DNA of 64,000 bases from Sminthopsis crassicaudata (taxonomy: Eukaryota). A model generated the notes under the pieces. The model was not told the origin of the DNA, did no database searches, and saw only the letters and a program-made list of their open reading frames with translations. The stretch lies in the NCBI RefSeq assembly GCF_048593235.1, contig NC_133619.1, positions 651,846,558-651,910,557 on the forward strand. The letters are read 5' to 3'. Made by a program: the position numbers and the translations under genes. Of the stretch, positions 62,381-64,000 are shown piece by piece (position 1 is the stretch's first letter; the number at the start of each line of letters is the position of its first letter).

Positions 62381-64000
62381 TACTTTTCTTTCTATATGAT
62401 TTCATTAAATGTTTTTGCTTTGAACTAATTGTGTCCTTTACCCGATTAGTAAAAGTAAACATATTTATGGGGGCTCATCAGTTATGTTTTTGAGCATATT
62501 TAGACCTACAAGTTATATTAAATTACAGTAGTTTTCTGGGGCTCTCATGAGTCAAAGGGGGTGCCCTTAGTTGCTCTGTGGATATAAGGAGCTGGACTCT
62601 TCCATGCTGCCCCTTAGATGTTAATGTTCTTCCCCAAAAATATTACTTTGCAGATGTTATTATCTGCCTACACGATAGAATTAAGCTCTTAATGACTCAG
62701 ATTATTTCTTTTTGTCTTCCTATCCCCAGGACTTAGCACAATGCTTGAGTGTAATTCAAGCTGAGTAAATACTTATTAAATTGTATTGAATTTGTCAGAA
62801 CAAACTCAGAGCATTGTAGTCAGTTCGTTCACTTGACAAATATTTATTTCTTTTTTAATTTTTTTATTTCTTGTTATTTTTTTTCAAAGATGTATTGATT
62901 GTCTGTGATATGGAAAGAGCTGTGGACACCATTCAGATCTGGATACCGTGTTTTAGGGAGGACATCGAGACGCCATGACGCTAGCGAGAGAGCTGGGATG
63001 TTTAGGCAGGAGAACGGAGGGCCTTGAGGGCCCACAGGGGCTGTTTCCAGAATTTGGAGGACTTGTGAAATAGGAAAATGGCCTGTTTGTCTGATCCCAG
63101 AAGCCAGTCCTAGAAGCCATAGGTATGCGCGGTAAAGGGCTCGCTTGCAGTTTCCTCACTATGGGAGATTCCTCTGGAGGGAGCCGCTTCCCCATCCCTG
63201 GAGCTCTTAGTGAACAGGAGATGGCCACGGCCGCCTGGCTTCCAGGTTTGCAATCCTGTGCTGTGATCATCAGGCTGAATAAAAGCAAGAAGGAGGAGCT
63301 GGACATGGCATTGGCCCCCAATGCTTGTGGGTCCATGAAAAGCTTTCCTTTAGTTTATAGAAATATAGCAGGCCATTGGATAACAGTCCAGTGAGAGGAT
63401 GTGTTACCAGCTGGTGATCTATCTGAGCCATCAATAAACATTGCTTAAACACCTACTGCATACCAGGCACTATGTGAAGTGCTGGCGATTCATAACGGGT
63501 AAAAGATGGTTCCTGCCCTCAAGAAGCGTCCCATCAGATGGGTGATCAGCCCAACCTGATTGCTGCACAATATTAGAGCACCATTCTTGGGGTGGCTAGG
63601 ATTCCGATTCTGGGAGTTCTCCTGGTAAGGTCTTCTTCTTTCACCTTCAGGACAAGCATTTGGGAGGAATTCTCTACTTCTTCTCCAAGAAATGAACTGT
63701 TAAGGAAATCTTCCCGCCTGACTCCATAATTAAGGTTCACCCAGGACGTAACCCCCAAGGTTAGAAAGATCAATTTTCAGGACTGCTAGTCTCTGATTTG
63801 GGCTTAGAAAGCAACGAGGCCATCTTGGAGTCACTTCCATCCTCAGTACTAATAAAGGACAGGATTAATATCGCCTGTGACCTATTATTTTTAATTATTG
63901 CACAGAAGAGTCCTTCTTGGGCTGATCTTAGCAAGAGGAGCAGAATACTGTTTCAGAACTGATAGTTAAAGAAAGACCAATAAGCAACCTTTGAGGAAAA

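Noticed and set aside
63573-63773. 66-aa ORF as a KRAB or zinc-finger remnant
   Set aside because: No KRAB-A or C2H2 consensus residues could be matched.

Overview
This is vertebrate genomic DNA, most likely from a dasyurid marsupial. The inference rests on WSINE1-like SINEs, RTE and marsupial-type L1 LINEs, and an OC1-type hAT MITE. The window is syntenic with human 19q13.33. A very GC-rich, short-intron gene cluster fills 1-24 kb: RRAS exon 1 (-), SCAF1 (+, one apparent +1 C in a homopolymer), IRF3 (-), PRMT1 (+) and an intact 18-coding-exon CPT1C (+). After a 141-N gap and an orphan CpG island there is about 26 kb of AT-rich, repeat-dense DNA. It includes a near-full-length RTE LINE broken up by at least eight younger insertions. 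TSKS (-, 11 exons) follows, then about 5 kb with no recognisable gene. I reconstructed exon boundaries by hand from splice sites and reading frames; comparisons with human, rat or pig proteins use sequences recalled from memory, not database searches. The main points for follow-up are: (1) BCL2L12 is missing between IRF3 and PRMT1; (2) CPT1C has an open frame but substitutions at residues important for malonyl-CoA sensing and catalysis in CPT1A/CPT1C; (3) a 1.2-kb TG...CA element with a 6-bp TSD and imperfect terminal inverted repeats carries betaretroviral gag-pro-pol sequence without a normal two-LTR structure; (4) there is a possible decayed ADM5 at its syntenic position. I see no clear evidence of a wholly new gene system.
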